A DNA stretch of 64,000 nucleotides, taken from the NCBI GenBank assembly GCA_965242925.1, contig CBDEUM010000014.1:320001-384000 (forward strand). The letters run 5' to 3'. Below the pieces are notes generated by a model that was given only the letters and a program-made list of their open reading frames with translations, was not told the origin of the DNA and ran no database searches. The DNA is from Roseibacillus sp. Lineage in GTDB: Bacteria; Verrucomicrobiota; Verrucomicrobiia; Verrucomicrobiales; Akkermansiaceae. The position numbers were made by a program, and so were the translations under genes. Positions 30,005 to 39,783 of the stretch are shown here, piece by piece. The first letter of the stretch is position 1; each line of letters starts with the position of its first letter.

Positions 30005-31041
30005 TCGGGTGTGGAATCCTCCGCTTTTTCGTCGGCCGTCACCTCTTCCTTCACCCCCACCACCCGGGAGCGAACGCGCTTTCTCTTCAACGATTTGAAT
30101 CCGCCATTGAGCACCTCCACGAGAACCAGCATGCAGATGAGGGCCACGATGAAGACCGCAATCCCGGCCCCGGTGTGGAAGGCGGAGGGATGGTCATCCG
30201 TGCCGATGGCGAAATCCTTGGAGGCCCAGATCGTGCCATAGTAGAGAAGGAGCATCCGGACGAAGTTGCCGAAGATCGCGAAGGGCACGGCGGAAACGGC
30301 CAGAAGCAGGCGATGCCAGCTTTTTTTCAGCGAGAGATACCCGTAGAGGAGGCTCACCATCCCGAGGGCAAAGAGGGAACGCAACCCGGAGCATGCCACT
30401 GCAATCCCCAGCGAGAAGCGATCACCGGCCGGCACTGCTTCCGAAGGCGGCGAATAAAGGGACGTCCCCGAGCGGATGACATCAACTCCCGTGACCTTGA
30501 GATAAACCTCCGTCAACTTGGTCATGAGGAGCTGCAGGGGGCTGGCAATCGGTTCGATGAGAAAGACCAGCGGCCAGGTCAATCCGAAGAGAACCCAAAG
30601 CCAGAAGGCCCGCTTGAAGAATTCGATGCCGAGGAACCACAGGATGAAACCGGCCACCAGGATCTGGCCCGCAAAGTAGCCTACGTACTTCTCATTGGCC
30701 TTGTAGCCTCCGAAGTAGATGAAACAACCGAAGGCGAGCAGGACGAGACCGAGGTAACTTGGTCTGATGGGGATCCCTGCGAAGCGTTTGCGGGTGACCC
30801 AGAGCAGGACGACAACGACGGGAGGCACAAAGTAGCCAAAGGCCCATTCCCCCTTCTCCATGCGATATCCCTGCCGCATGTTGCTCCACAGAGTGGAGCG
30901 CTCGAACATATAGCCGGTGGAATATCCAAACCCGAAGTAGAGGTATCCCATTACCAGAATCACGCAGCTCACCATGATGGCCATGGGGAGACGGTTCTCG
31001 CCGTTGGAAAAACTTGGGCTGCTACTCATGGCAGGAGGCAC
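30001..31041 (-). CDS. Exosortase (EpsH family)
   Basis: About 8 TMs with the Cys-Arg-His triad: VACSGLRSL, GNFVR, FHTGAG. Confidence 0.92.
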   Translation of the reverse strand: MPPAMSSSPSFSNGENRLPMAIMVSCVILVMGYLYFGFGYSTGYMFERSTLWSNMRQGYRMEKGEWAFGYFVPPVVVVLLWVTRKRFAGIPIRPSYLGLVLLAFGCFIYFGGYKANEKYVGYFAGQILVAGFILWFLGIEFFKRAFWLWVLFGLTWPLVFLIEPIASPLQLLMTKLTEVYLKVTGVDVIRSGTSLYSPPSEAVPAGDRFSLGIAVACSGLRSLFALGMVSLLYGYLSLKKSWHRLLLAVSAVPFAIFGNFVRMLLLYYGTIWASKDFAIGTDDHPSAFHTGAGIAVFIVALICMLVLVEVLNGGFKSLKRKRVRSRVVGVKEEVTADEKAEDSTPE

Positions 31042-31103
31042 CTAAACAAGACCGATTGCATGCAGGTGGCAAGGATTCAGTCTGCTCCGGTGGAGTTCGG
31101 AGA

Positions 31104-31973
31104 TCACCTGTAATGAAACAGCTCCAGCACCTCCGAAAGGGCCTCATCAAGCTGCTCGACAGTCTCCGAATTCAGTTTTTTGCGGTGGTTTCCCGGTTTC
31201 ACCGATCGTTTATGAGAAAGGACATTCTCCGATGAAACCTCGAAATCCGCCTCTTTTACGATCCGGTCGACAAGCGATCGGTTTCCGTCCATTCCCGTGT
31301 GCTCAACCACTTTTCGAATGAATTCCGGGAAAGCGGTCACCATCTCCTCGTAAGGCAGGAAGAGCACGCCGGGTTTTCCCACCAACTGACGGTGAAAATC
31401 AAGAAAGTCGCGCCGGTATTCCTCCGCATGCGCGAGGACCCACTGGTCAACACCGGTTGCCAGTGCCTCGCGACGAGCCCGGAGGTTTCCATGGTTGTTC
31501 AGCGTATGCGACTCCCGGATCGAAAAGTAGTGCGACACCAGACAGTCACGCGGATCACGCAGAAGAAGGACTGAACGGTAATTCTCGTGAGCAGGAATGG
31601 GATAGGCGCGGCGCAGGGTTCCATAGTAGCAACCTTCAGGATGAAAGGCGGTCTCCAGCGTCTCCCTGTCAAACAGGCTGACTCCCTTCCCCGGGGTCAC
31701 CTTGACGAAGTAGCTGCAATAGTCGAGATGCTGAAGACCGTTAGCCAGCGCAAGCTCCCGTATGGCCCGCGACAGGAACATCGAACCACAGCGGTAGTAA
31801 CTGTAGAACATCACACTGGGCAGGCCGCTCGGGGTGATCTCGCCCCGCAGCCCACGCTGTTCGTCCTTCCAGAGCAGGGAGTTGTAGACCTGCGAGAGAT
31901 TCACGTAGGTTTTCGGAAATCGCTTCATGCCCCAGAGGCGGGCTCGACGCGACATGCTGATCGACTTGCTCAT
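31104..31973 (-). CDS. PAPS-dependent sulfotransferase domain protein
   Basis: 5'-PSB-like YYRCGSMF, 3'-PB LRDPRDCLVSHYFS, YEEM, C-terminal HKRSVKPGNH. Confidence 0.85.
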   Translation of the reverse strand: MSKSISMSRRARLWGMKRFPKTYVNLSQVYNSLLWKDEQRGLRGEITPSGLPSVMFYSYYRCGSMFLSRAIRELALANGLQHLDYCSYFVKVTPGKGVSLFDRETLETAFHPEGCYYGTLRRAYPIPAHENYRSVLLLRDPRDCLVSHYFSIRESHTLNNHGNLRARREALATGVDQWVLAHAEEYRRDFLDFHRQLVGKPGVLFLPYEEMVTAFPEFIRKVVEHTGMDGNRSLVDRIVKEADFEVSSENVLSHKRSVKPGNHRKKLNSETVEQLDEALSEVLELFHYR

Positions 31974-31975
31974 GA

Positions 31976-33196
31976 CTACCTGGTGGATCGGGTTCGCACT
32001 TCCGCAGCGGCATCCCGGTAGATTCCGGTGAGCAGTTCCAGGTTTTTTTCCCGGCTGTAATGATCACGGTATTCTGCCAGAGCGCGCTCACCCATGCGAC
32101 GCCGTTCACGGGAGGGAAGCTCGAAGAACTCCCTCACTCCGGTTGCAATCTCCCCGGCATCTCCGCGGTTGACCAGAAATCCGGTCTCTCCCTCCCTGAC
32201 GAGATCCCCGGGTGCCGTTCCCCGTGAGGAGAGCACCGCAGTGCCCATGGCGTAGGCTTCCAGCACCGTACGCCCGAAGGTCTCGTACCACTGTGTCGGC
32301 AGGAGCAGGAGCTCGGATCGGCCAATCGCCCGGCAGGCCTCCTCCACCGGGAGGCGACCGGAAAAACTGATCGTGGGCGTGCCCCGGGCTTTTTCCCGGA
32401 GCTTCGCTTCGAGGGGCCCGGAACCCACGATCTCCAACGGAACTTCAAGCCCATGGCGAACCCAGGCCTCCACCATGAGTTCAACGCCCTTGTCTGCCGA
32501 CAACCGTCCCACGTAGATGGCCCGTCGCTCCCGCTTTTCCTCTCCTCCCTCGGGAAGGAGAGGCACCACGTTCGGCTTCAGGCAAATACGTTCCTCCGGG
32601 AAACCCCCCTCCATGAATTTCCGGCGCACCAGTTCCGAGGCCACAATGAACCTGTCCACTTCCCGGAGGTAGGTGGCCCGCATGTTGTGCCAGGCATTCA
32701 TGGCTACCAGCACGGCGGACCCGGGAAGGCTCCCCCGATAACATTTGTGCCGCACTCCCGCCCAGCCCACTCCGCGCCCCAGGCACTTTTCACAGATTTC
32801 GCCCTCCCGCATGAGCAGTCCGCTGGCACAGAGCGGCCGATAGTTGCGCAGGGTCTGGACCACGGCCACTCCCGCAGCCCGACCAGCCCCGTAGATCGCC
32901 GGAGAAATCAGGGGAAAGGAATTCTGCACGTGCATGACGTCAAAGTTTCCCTTTTCGAGGAGTGCGGACACCTCACGCCGACTGCGCCCTGACCAGATCG
33001 TGTCCGCCGCGGTCCTGAGCCGACCCCGGGACGCGATTTCCTCGTTGTCGCGAACGTAGGTCTCCACTTCATGTCCCCCGGCCCTCAGCAATTCGGTCTC
33101 GGCCGCAAATGACTCATCTTCCCCACCCCTGACGAGGTAGTGATTGTGAACCATGAGAACCCGCAGGGGGTGCTCGTCTTCAACCAAGGAGTTCAC
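31976..33196 (-). CDS. GT4 family glycosyltransferase
   Basis: RVLMVHNHY..RGGED, YVGRLSADKG, WYETFGRTVLEAYAMG. Start is approximate; the ORF track over-extends it. Confidence 0.9.
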   Translation of the reverse strand: MNSLVEDEHPLRVLMVHNHYLVRGGEDESFAAETELLRAGGHEVETYVRDNEEIASRGRLRTAADTIWSGRSRREVSALLEKGNFDVMHVQNSFPLISPAIYGAGRAAGVAVVQTLRNYRPLCASGLLMREGEICEKCLGRGVGWAGVRHKCYRGSLPGSAVLVAMNAWHNMRATYLREVDRFIVASELVRRKFMEGGFPEERICLKPNVVPLLPEGGEEKRERRAIYVGRLSADKGVELMVEAWVRHGLEVPLEIVGSGPLEAKLREKARGTPTISFSGRLPVEEACRAIGRSELLLLPTQWYETFGRTVLEAYAMGTAVLSSRGTAPGDLVREGETGFLVNRGDAGEIATGVREFFELPSRERRRMGERALAEYRDHYSREKNLELLTGIYRDAAAEVRTRSTR

Positions 33197-34265
33197 GGTA
33201 ACAGTCCAGATGGCCTTCCATGGTTCGTTCCCAACTGTAGGCCCTGCTGTGCTCCAGGCCCCTTTCCACGAGCTCATCGGACCGGGAGAGGGCCTCGAGA
33301 ATAGCGGCCGCCCCTCCGGCAGGATCAACCGGATCGAAATAGAGCGCGGCATCCTTTCCGACCTCGGGCAGACTTGTTGCATTGCTGCACACCACGGGTG
33401 TTCCGGCAGACATCGCCTCAATCACCGGCAGACCAAACCCTTCATAAAGTGAGGGAAAGAAGAACACGGCCGCGTGCTGATAGGCCGGAACCAGAACCTC
33501 ATCGGAGACACGCCCCAGTTCAATCAACCGCTCCGAACCACATCGCCGACAGAATTCCTCCCGCAGCTCGTCGGGAAGGGCCGCGCCCGCACGAACGAGA
33601 ACCAGTTCGGGTTCCCGGGCGAAGACTTCCGCAAAGACCTCGGGGAAGATCTGCAGGTTCTTGCGGGCGAACGCGCTGCTTACACTGAAGACGTAGGGTC
33701 GACCGGCGAGGTGATCGAGGGCGGGAGGGAAATCTGCAGGAGTCCGGAAGACCTCCTGATCGATTCCATTCTGCACCACACGAATCCGTTCCCGCGGGAT
33801 TCCGGTGAGCTCTACCACCTCGCCTGCAGTAAACTCGGAAACCGAGGTGAGGAGATCAAAGTTCGTGAGCCGGTCCGCCTGTTTGCGGACACGGGCCACC
33901 TGAGTCTCGCTCAGTTCCCCCGGGAAACGAAGTGGAATGAGATCATGAACGGTCGCCATGGTCCGGGGAGAGCCCTGCAAATGCGGAAGCAGGTGCCCCA
34001 ATCCCTGTGACAGGCCATGGACCAGGTCGTAACGACCTGCCCTGTTCACTCTCCACCGGTAGAAGAACCACTTGTCGAAGCCCCTCACAATCCGGGAGGG
34101 AGAACCCGCCATCAACCCCTCGTAAGCAACCAAGGGCGAGATGCTGAATTCCTCGAGGCCCTCCACTCCTGCTCTCCGAACCACGTCGTGGAGAACGCCG
34201 AAATACCGCTGCATGCTCACGCTCCCGAAAGACGGAGGCGTCGGAATCCAAAGGACCGAGGACAT
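33180..34265 (-). CDS. GT4 family glycosyltransferase (MtfB/WbaZ-like)
   Basis: TVHDLIP, RKN, FPSLYEGFGLPVIEAMSAGTPVV, SLPEV; ATG 34265. Confidence 0.92.
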   Translation of the reverse strand: MSSVLWIPTPPSFGSVSMQRYFGVLHDVVRRAGVEGLEEFSISPLVAYEGLMAGSPSRIVRGFDKWFFYRWRVNRAGRYDLVHGLSQGLGHLLPHLQGSPRTMATVHDLIPLRFPGELSETQVARVRKQADRLTNFDLLTSVSEFTAGEVVELTGIPRERIRVVQNGIDQEVFRTPADFPPALDHLAGRPYVFSVSSAFARKNLQIFPEVFAEVFAREPELVLVRAGAALPDELREEFCRRCGSERLIELGRVSDEVLVPAYQHAAVFFFPSLYEGFGLPVIEAMSAGTPVVCSNATSLPEVGKDAALYFDPVDPAGGAAAILEALSRSDELVERGLEHSRAYSWERTMEGHLDCYRELLG

Positions 34266-34330
34266 TCGATAAAAACTGGACAGGCAACTGGACCGCGCAC
34301 TCCGCTCCAGCCCGATGGGCTCGCGGTCCC

Positions 34331-35869
34331 CTACTGGCTGGCCTGACGGATGCCTCCCGGGACAGGAGGCTCCTCCGCTTCCGGTTCGGCGATGATGGCG
34401 ATTTCCTCCCGGCTTTGCCGCTCGCGGGTGAGGCCCGCGGCCATCACGCCCAGGAACACTCCGAAAAAGAAGGGATTGGGGTAGGCCTCCAGCGAGAGGA
34501 CCCCGAGAATGGATGCCCCCAGAACGGAAAAGGCAAGTGAAGCCATCAGCCTCAGGAGGAAGACATCGAAAGACTTGCCCTTGGACATCCTGATCAGGCG
34601 GCGATGCAGGAAAAACACGCTCGGCACCAGGATGGCACATATGGTGCCAACGGGGACATACCCGTACTGCATGACAAAGCGCACCAGCAGGGCGTGCGCC
34701 CTGTAGCCGCCCTCTCCCTGCGCAATCTCGGCCCCAAAAGGAGTCCAGTTGTTCGCGTCCGCCAGCATGTGGAAGTCCATCAAACGCACGTGGAAGGTCC
34801 GCACGCGCAGGAGGTCGGCCTTTGCACCGGATGTCCCGAACAGATCGTAAAGCCAGTTCTGCCACGAAGCCAACTCGTAGGCAATATCTTCACCGCTCAC
34901 CACCAGGACCACGAGGATGGTCGTGGCAATCCCGTAAGTGGCAATCGTGAGAAGTCCGCTGCGCAGAACCACCAACCCGAACATGACGCCCGGAATGACA
35001 AGCAGCGGTCCGCGCTTGAGCGAGAGAACCGCCGTGGTGGCAAACAACGCGAAGAGCAGAAGCATGACCACAGGGGGAAAGATCCGGTATTCCCTCGGCA
35101 TCTGTCCGCGGAAGAACCACGGCGAGAGGCAGATGGCCGCGCAAATCGCCATCGATGTGGAAAGCGGCCCCTGCGCCGAGAAAGGACCAAAAATCCCCTC
35201 CCCCCAGAGGAGGTATTTCAGGTTGATGGAGAAGCCCGATTCCATGTATTTATGCTCAAAATCAAAGAGCCCGAACCAAAAGTGCCACAGGGCATGGAGG
35301 GCGGCCGGGATCATGATGATAAGCGCAAACCGGAAGAACTTCTGCACGTCCACCACCCCCGGAAGAGCGAGCGGAAGGACGAAGATCAGCCCGTAATAAG
35401 CCGAGGTGTTGGCCAGAGGCTTGAGCGCCGCCATCCCAAAGCCCCCCTTGACCAATGCGATCATCGCAGTCGTCGTCACCAGGAGGGAGGCGATGACGAA
35501 GAGGATCGTATCGCGTTTCGTCATCTGGCGGACCCGCAGGGCGAAACAGGCGAGATAGTGGGTCACCATCCCGAGCAGCATGATCGGTGGCACGGCCAGG
35601 ATGAAATAGACGTCCCGGAAATCCATATGCAGCACGTTGGCGGTCACGAGGAACTTCTTGGGAATGTCGAGAAAGGTCGCAAATATGAGCAACACGTACA
35701 TCGAGGCCCGGGGAGCGACGCATCCCAGGAGCAGGGCCGGAACCCAGATGAAGCGGTAGGTCGCCCCAATCACGTTTCCTGTTCCGGTGAGGATCGTCAT
35801 CACCACGAAGAGGCCAAGGGCCATCATGGAGATCATCAGAACGATCGGTCCTATTCGAATAGTTCCCAT
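34331..35869 (-). CDS. Probable Wzy-type polysaccharide polymerase
   Basis: 512 aa with about 12 TMs, SLKRG and AHALLV motifs; lies among GT genes. Confidence 0.6.
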   Translation of the reverse strand: MGTIRIGPIVLMISMMALGLFVVMTILTGTGNVIGATYRFIWVPALLLGCVAPRASMYVLLIFATFLDIPKKFLVTANVLHMDFRDVYFILAVPPIMLLGMVTHYLACFALRVRQMTKRDTILFVIASLLVTTTAMIALVKGGFGMAALKPLANTSAYYGLIFVLPLALPGVVDVQKFFRFALIIMIPAALHALWHFWFGLFDFEHKYMESGFSINLKYLLWGEGIFGPFSAQGPLSTSMAICAAICLSPWFFRGQMPREYRIFPPVVMLLLFALFATTAVLSLKRGPLLVIPGVMFGLVVLRSGLLTIATYGIATTILVVLVVSGEDIAYELASWQNWLYDLFGTSGAKADLLRVRTFHVRLMDFHMLADANNWTPFGAEIAQGEGGYRAHALLVRFVMQYGYVPVGTICAILVPSVFFLHRRLIRMSKGKSFDVFLLRLMASLAFSVLGASILGVLSLEAYPNPFFFGVFLGVMAAGLTRERQSREEIAIIAEPEAEEPPVPGGIRQASQ

Positions 35870-35985
35870 GAAGAAGTTTTCAATTGATCATGACCCCTGC
35901 GACTGATCTTCAGGTTTCCGTTTGTGGCCTTCCCCTCCCCCGGATAAGTGGCGGAGGGCCATCCTCCGTCGCCATCCGGAACGAG

Positions 35986-36705
35986 TCAATCCCCGAGCGA
36001 TCGGTGCGTCAGCCGTAGGAAAATCGCTTCTGCAGCCTTGCGACGCGGCTCGGAAGCTGACCTCAGATAGGCCTCTTCCATTTCGCGCTTTTCCGCCGCC
36101 CGCTGTTGTCGTTCTCCCTCACTCTGGCGCAGACGGGGCTCGAATTCCGCCATCCGTTCCGCGGGCAGACTCGTCCCGAAGGAGGTGCCGAACTTCTGGT
36201 TCAAGGCCGCCACAACAGTCGGAAATTCACTCGTGGTCGTGCCAAAATCGCTCAGCACCATACGGTCCAGATGCGGTTCCGCCGCCTCATAGAACATCAC
36301 GTACCACCGCAGGGCGGACTCGAAGGAAACGAAGGGCCACCGCCGGACCATGGAGTTCACCGAATCGATGGGACGGCGCAGGGTGAGGAGAACCGGTACC
36401 CCGAGGCGGGTGGCGCGGATCGTCTCGGCCGGGCTATGGTAGTGATTGCCAACGGGAACCCTCTCCTTCTGCATGGCTCGGAACGCCCGGGTCGCAAAGG
36501 AATTCGCCGAGCCTGGAAAGCCGTCAATCACGAGGGCCAGCCCGCGGTGCACCCGGCCTTCTTCCGGCACGGACTCACTGCGAGCCCGAAACCTCCGCGT
36601 GCGGGACCAGCTGAAGGGGGCCATCAGCGGCCAGAGCGATTCGCGGCAACTGATCTGGAAGCGCAGTTCAAGGGACGCGGCCCGCAGTCGCAATTTGAGA
36701 CTCAT
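35986..36705 (-). CDS. Sulfotransferase-fold protein
   Basis: IDGFPGSANSF (PSB-like loop) and LRRPIDSVNS (3'-PB-like). Confidence 0.55.
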   Translation of the reverse strand: MSLKLRLRAASLELRFQISCRESLWPLMAPFSWSRTRRFRARSESVPEEGRVHRGLALVIDGFPGSANSFATRAFRAMQKERVPVGNHYHSPAETIRATRLGVPVLLTLRRPIDSVNSMVRRWPFVSFESALRWYVMFYEAAEPHLDRMVLSDFGTTTSEFPTVVAALNQKFGTSFGTSLPAERMAEFEPRLRQSEGERQQRAAEKREMEEAYLRSASEPRRKAAEAIFLRLTHRSLGD

Positions 36706-37538
36706 GATGCAGACAGGAAGGAACCGGCGCGGTCGACAGGGACGAACAGGTAGTTGGTGAGCGCGATGTCACTGTGCACTTCGATCTCCTCAAGACGCTC
36801 ACGGCTCCCATCAAGGTGGAGACGAATGATGCCATAACCCAGGTCGTGCAGGATCCCCGTCAGGGCGTCCTGACGCTCCTTGCGGAAGTTTCCCTGTTCG
36901 GTCGTGGTATCGTAGATGGGCAGCAGCTCTGTGATGATGAGGGGCTGGTGCTTTCTGAGAACGGGCCTCATGGCCCGGAAGACATCCAGTTCCCCCCCCT
37001 CCACGTCGACCTTGAGAACTCCCACCTTGTGTTCCAGCAACTCACCGGGCAGGACTTCGGCTCCCAGGATAGGGACCTTGATCCGTCGTTTGTAGTCGGA
37101 CTCGGAACGGAACCCGGCCACGATGCTGCCCTCCCCGCCCGTCAGCGAATTCAGGCGCAGATCCATCGCTCCGGTGGTCTCCCCAATCCCGAAGGGGAAG
37201 ATGGTGCATCCTTCCAGCGTGTTCAGCTTAACCAGGTTCATGGTGTAGAACACGCAGTAGGGATTCGGCTCGAATCCGATATAGTCCCAATCAGACCGGA
37301 TGGACTTCACCGCCAGCAGCGTCTGCCCGAGATTGACCCCCACATCAACGAAGCACCCATCGGCCTCTTTTTCGATCTGGATGAGATTCTCAAGCATCCA
37401 AGGCTCGTGGTGCCGCCGCATGGCCCCGCCCAGTCCTCCCAGCATGGGGATGCGGAAACGCCTCCCGTTGAGCGTTTTCCCCAGGGTGAAATTAAGCCGG
37501 CGCGCCACCGCCCGTTTCAGTGCTCGTATCATAGCCAT
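36702..37538 (-). CDS. FkbM family methyltransferase
   Basis: FVDVGVNLG, GFEPNP, LKVDVEGGELDV. Confidence 0.9.
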   Translation of the reverse strand: MAMIRALKRAVARRLNFTLGKTLNGRRFRIPMLGGLGGAMRRHHEPWMLENLIQIEKEADGCFVDVGVNLGQTLLAVKSIRSDWDYIGFEPNPYCVFYTMNLVKLNTLEGCTIFPFGIGETTGAMDLRLNSLTGGEGSIVAGFRSESDYKRRIKVPILGAEVLPGELLEHKVGVLKVDVEGGELDVFRAMRPVLRKHQPLIITELLPIYDTTTEQGNFRKERQDALTGILHDLGYGIIRLHLDGSRERLEEIEVHSDIALTNYLFVPVDRAGSFLSAS

Positions 37539-37539
37539 C

Positions 37540-38679
37540 TCATCGGAAATCCGGTCCCGCACCCTTCCGGGTCCGCACCGCACGCAACACCTCGACCACT
37601 TCGCGGGCCCGCGCCTCCCAGGTGTGCCCCTCCCGGGCCCGCAGGACCCGTCTCCGCACCCTCTGCAACTCCCCGGGGTTCTCTGCCAGGCGACCCAGGA
37701 GATTCCTGAATTCTGCAGGGCTGCTCACCACCCAGCCCAACTGTTCCCGCTCCACCAGTTCCGCCACCACCCTGAGCCCGCCCGAAACGATCAGGGGCAC
37801 TCCAAAGGAGAGGGCCTCAAAGATCTTCACCGGCATGCAGCAGGCGAGGTAGTCGTTGTCATTGCGAACCGCGAGGGCCAGGTCGGCCCGGCGGTAACAG
37901 GGATTCAACCCCTCCCCATGGGTATGCACCACCGAGACATTCCGGTAGTCCCCAAATCGATACAGATCCCCATGATGCCTGAGAGCGCGTTCACGGGTAA
38001 CCACCTCAAGTTTCGCGCAGGATACGGCTTCCACCGCCTCAATATAGGGACGAAGATCGTAGTGCGGCGGAGCGATGTTCCCGACATAGAGCAGGTTCAG
38101 GCACCCGCCCTCTCCCACGGAGTCCCGCTCGACGCCGGGGTCGGGGTCCCGTTGTTCGCCACCGGGCGGCAGGGTCCTCATCTCGGTATTCGAAAAAGGA
38201 AAAGGCACATATTGACCCATGTTCCTGTGCGGCAGAAAGAGGACATCGAGAGACTTCTCATAGTGGCGCAGTTCCCGCCGCGCAAAAGCGGGTGTCAGAC
38301 GCTTCTTCACGAACGATTTCAGGTTGATGGCTCTGGTCTCTTCGTACATCCAGTAGATGTCGCGGTAGAATAACCCGGTGGGTACTCCGCGCCGATGCAG
38401 GTCCCGGATCAGGTGATAGTCGAAGTTCATGCGCCAGGGCCGCCGCCGCGCCCACGTCAGACCCGGAGGAACATTAACCGACTCCGAATAGAACACGGTG
38501 TCACTCTCCAGGGTCCTGTCCAGCGCGGCCGCCTTCCCCACCCGGGCCAGCCCCCTTCCGCTGATCTCGATGACCTCCTCGCCGAGAGATCTGAAGGCTT
38601 CCAGCATTCGAAGTGGACGCAAGGCGGACCCCACCGCTGCTTCCGGATCGAGTTTCCCGGGATAATGATAAATGATCAT
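37540..38679 (-). CDS. GT4-like glycosyltransferase
   Basis: LLYVGNI, MPVKIFEALSFGVPLI, HTWEARA. Confidence 0.85.
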   Translation of the reverse strand: MIIYHYPGKLDPEAAVGSALRPLRMLEAFRSLGEEVIEISGRGLARVGKAAALDRTLESDTVFYSESVNVPPGLTWARRRPWRMNFDYHLIRDLHRRGVPTGLFYRDIYWMYEETRAINLKSFVKKRLTPAFARRELRHYEKSLDVLFLPHRNMGQYVPFPFSNTEMRTLPPGGEQRDPDPGVERDSVGEGGCLNLLYVGNIAPPHYDLRPYIEAVEAVSCAKLEVVTRERALRHHGDLYRFGDYRNVSVVHTHGEGLNPCYRRADLALAVRNDNDYLACCMPVKIFEALSFGVPLIVSGGLRVVAELVEREQLGWVVSSPAEFRNLLGRLAENPGELQRVRRRVLRAREGHTWEARAREVVEVLRAVRTRKGAGPDFR

Positions 38680-39744
38680 TCAGATTGAAAGGGCCGCCAC
38701 GATCCTGCCCGCCGCATTCCCGTCCCCGTAGAGGGGCTCCCATGAAGCGGGGGGCTCGGACTCTGCTACCAGGTTGGCCAACGATTCCACCTCCTCACCC
38801 AGAACCACGTTCCAGCCAGCCTCCACTGTTTCCACCCACTCGGTTTCCGTCCGAAGGGTCAGGCAGGGGGTTTTCCCCCAGTAGGCTTCCTTCTGCAAAC
38901 CTCCTGAATCGGTGAGAACCAACCGGGCCTGATCCAGGAGCAGAACCATCTCCAGATAGCCGACCGGGTCTATTGTGACAATGTGATCGCCCAACGACAA
39001 TTCCTCCCGCAAAAGAGCCTTCCGCGTGCGGGGATGAACCGGGAACACCACTTGGATATTCAGGCTGTTGAGCTGTTCCACCAGAGCCCGGAACCGCACG
39101 GGATCATCGGTGTTCTCGGCCCGGTGAAGCGTTAAGAGAGCAAACTCATCCGCCAGCATGTCCGGATTGGCAGCCTTCCAGAACTCTGCCGAGCGCCCGG
39201 CCACCACCTCCTGCGCCAGCTTGTTGGTATCTGCCATCACGTCTCCCACCATCTCCACCCCCGCCGTGATTCCTTCCCGCCGCAGGTTCTCCACCGCCAG
39301 TTCACTGGAGCAGAAAAGACGGTTGGAGACGTGATCCGTGAGCACCCGGTTGATCTCTTCCGGCATGCGGCGGTTCCACGAACGCAGGCCGGACTCAACA
39401 TGACAGACAGGAATGTGCAGCTTGGCGGCCGCCAGGGCCCCAGCCAGGGTGGAATTGGTATCCCCATACACCAGCACCCAGTCCGGCCGATCCTCTGACA
39501 GGATCTTCTCGATTCCCTCCAGCATCCGCCCCGTCATCGCCCCATGAGTGCCGCCTCCCAGTCCCAGGCTGTGCCGTGGAGGAGGAATCTCCAGCTCCTG
39601 GAAGAAAACCTCGGACATTTCAAAGTCATAGTGCTGGCCCGTATGCACCAGCACTTGTTCGATCCCCGCCGCTGCGAAGGCCCGACTGACGGGTGCGGCC
39701 TTGATGAACTGGGGGCGCGCCCCGATGACGGTAAGACATTTCAT
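38680..39744 (-). CDS. wecB: Non-hydrolysing UDP-N-acetylglucosamine 2-epimerase family (WecB/WbpI-like)
   Basis: GARPQFIK, HTGQHYD, GDTNSTLA, HVESGLRS, MPEEINR, TDSGGLQKEA. Confidence 0.93.
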   Translation of the reverse strand: MKCLTVIGARPQFIKAAPVSRAFAAAGIEQVLVHTGQHYDFEMSEVFFQELEIPPPRHSLGLGGGTHGAMTGRMLEGIEKILSEDRPDWVLVYGDTNSTLAGALAAAKLHIPVCHVESGLRSWNRRMPEEINRVLTDHVSNRLFCSSELAVENLRREGITAGVEMVGDVMADTNKLAQEVVAGRSAEFWKAANPDMLADEFALLTLHRAENTDDPVRFRALVEQLNSLNIQVVFPVHPRTRKALLREELSLGDHIVTIDPVGYLEMVLLLDQARLVLTDSGGLQKEAYWGKTPCLTLRTETEWVETVEAGWNVVLGEEVESLANLVAESEPPASWEPLYGDGNAAGRIVAALSI

Positions 39745-39783
39745 GGCTCAAAATCAGATTCTGCTCTGCCGTTCATCCCTGCC

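Noticed and set aside
33180..34865. ORF-track N-terminal extensions of GT4s, cysS, rpsF, ssb, GT26 and the sulfatase as fusions or overlapping genes
   Set aside because: The extensions run through upstream genes or intergenic DNA in open GC-rich frames; family homology begins at the downstream starts given.
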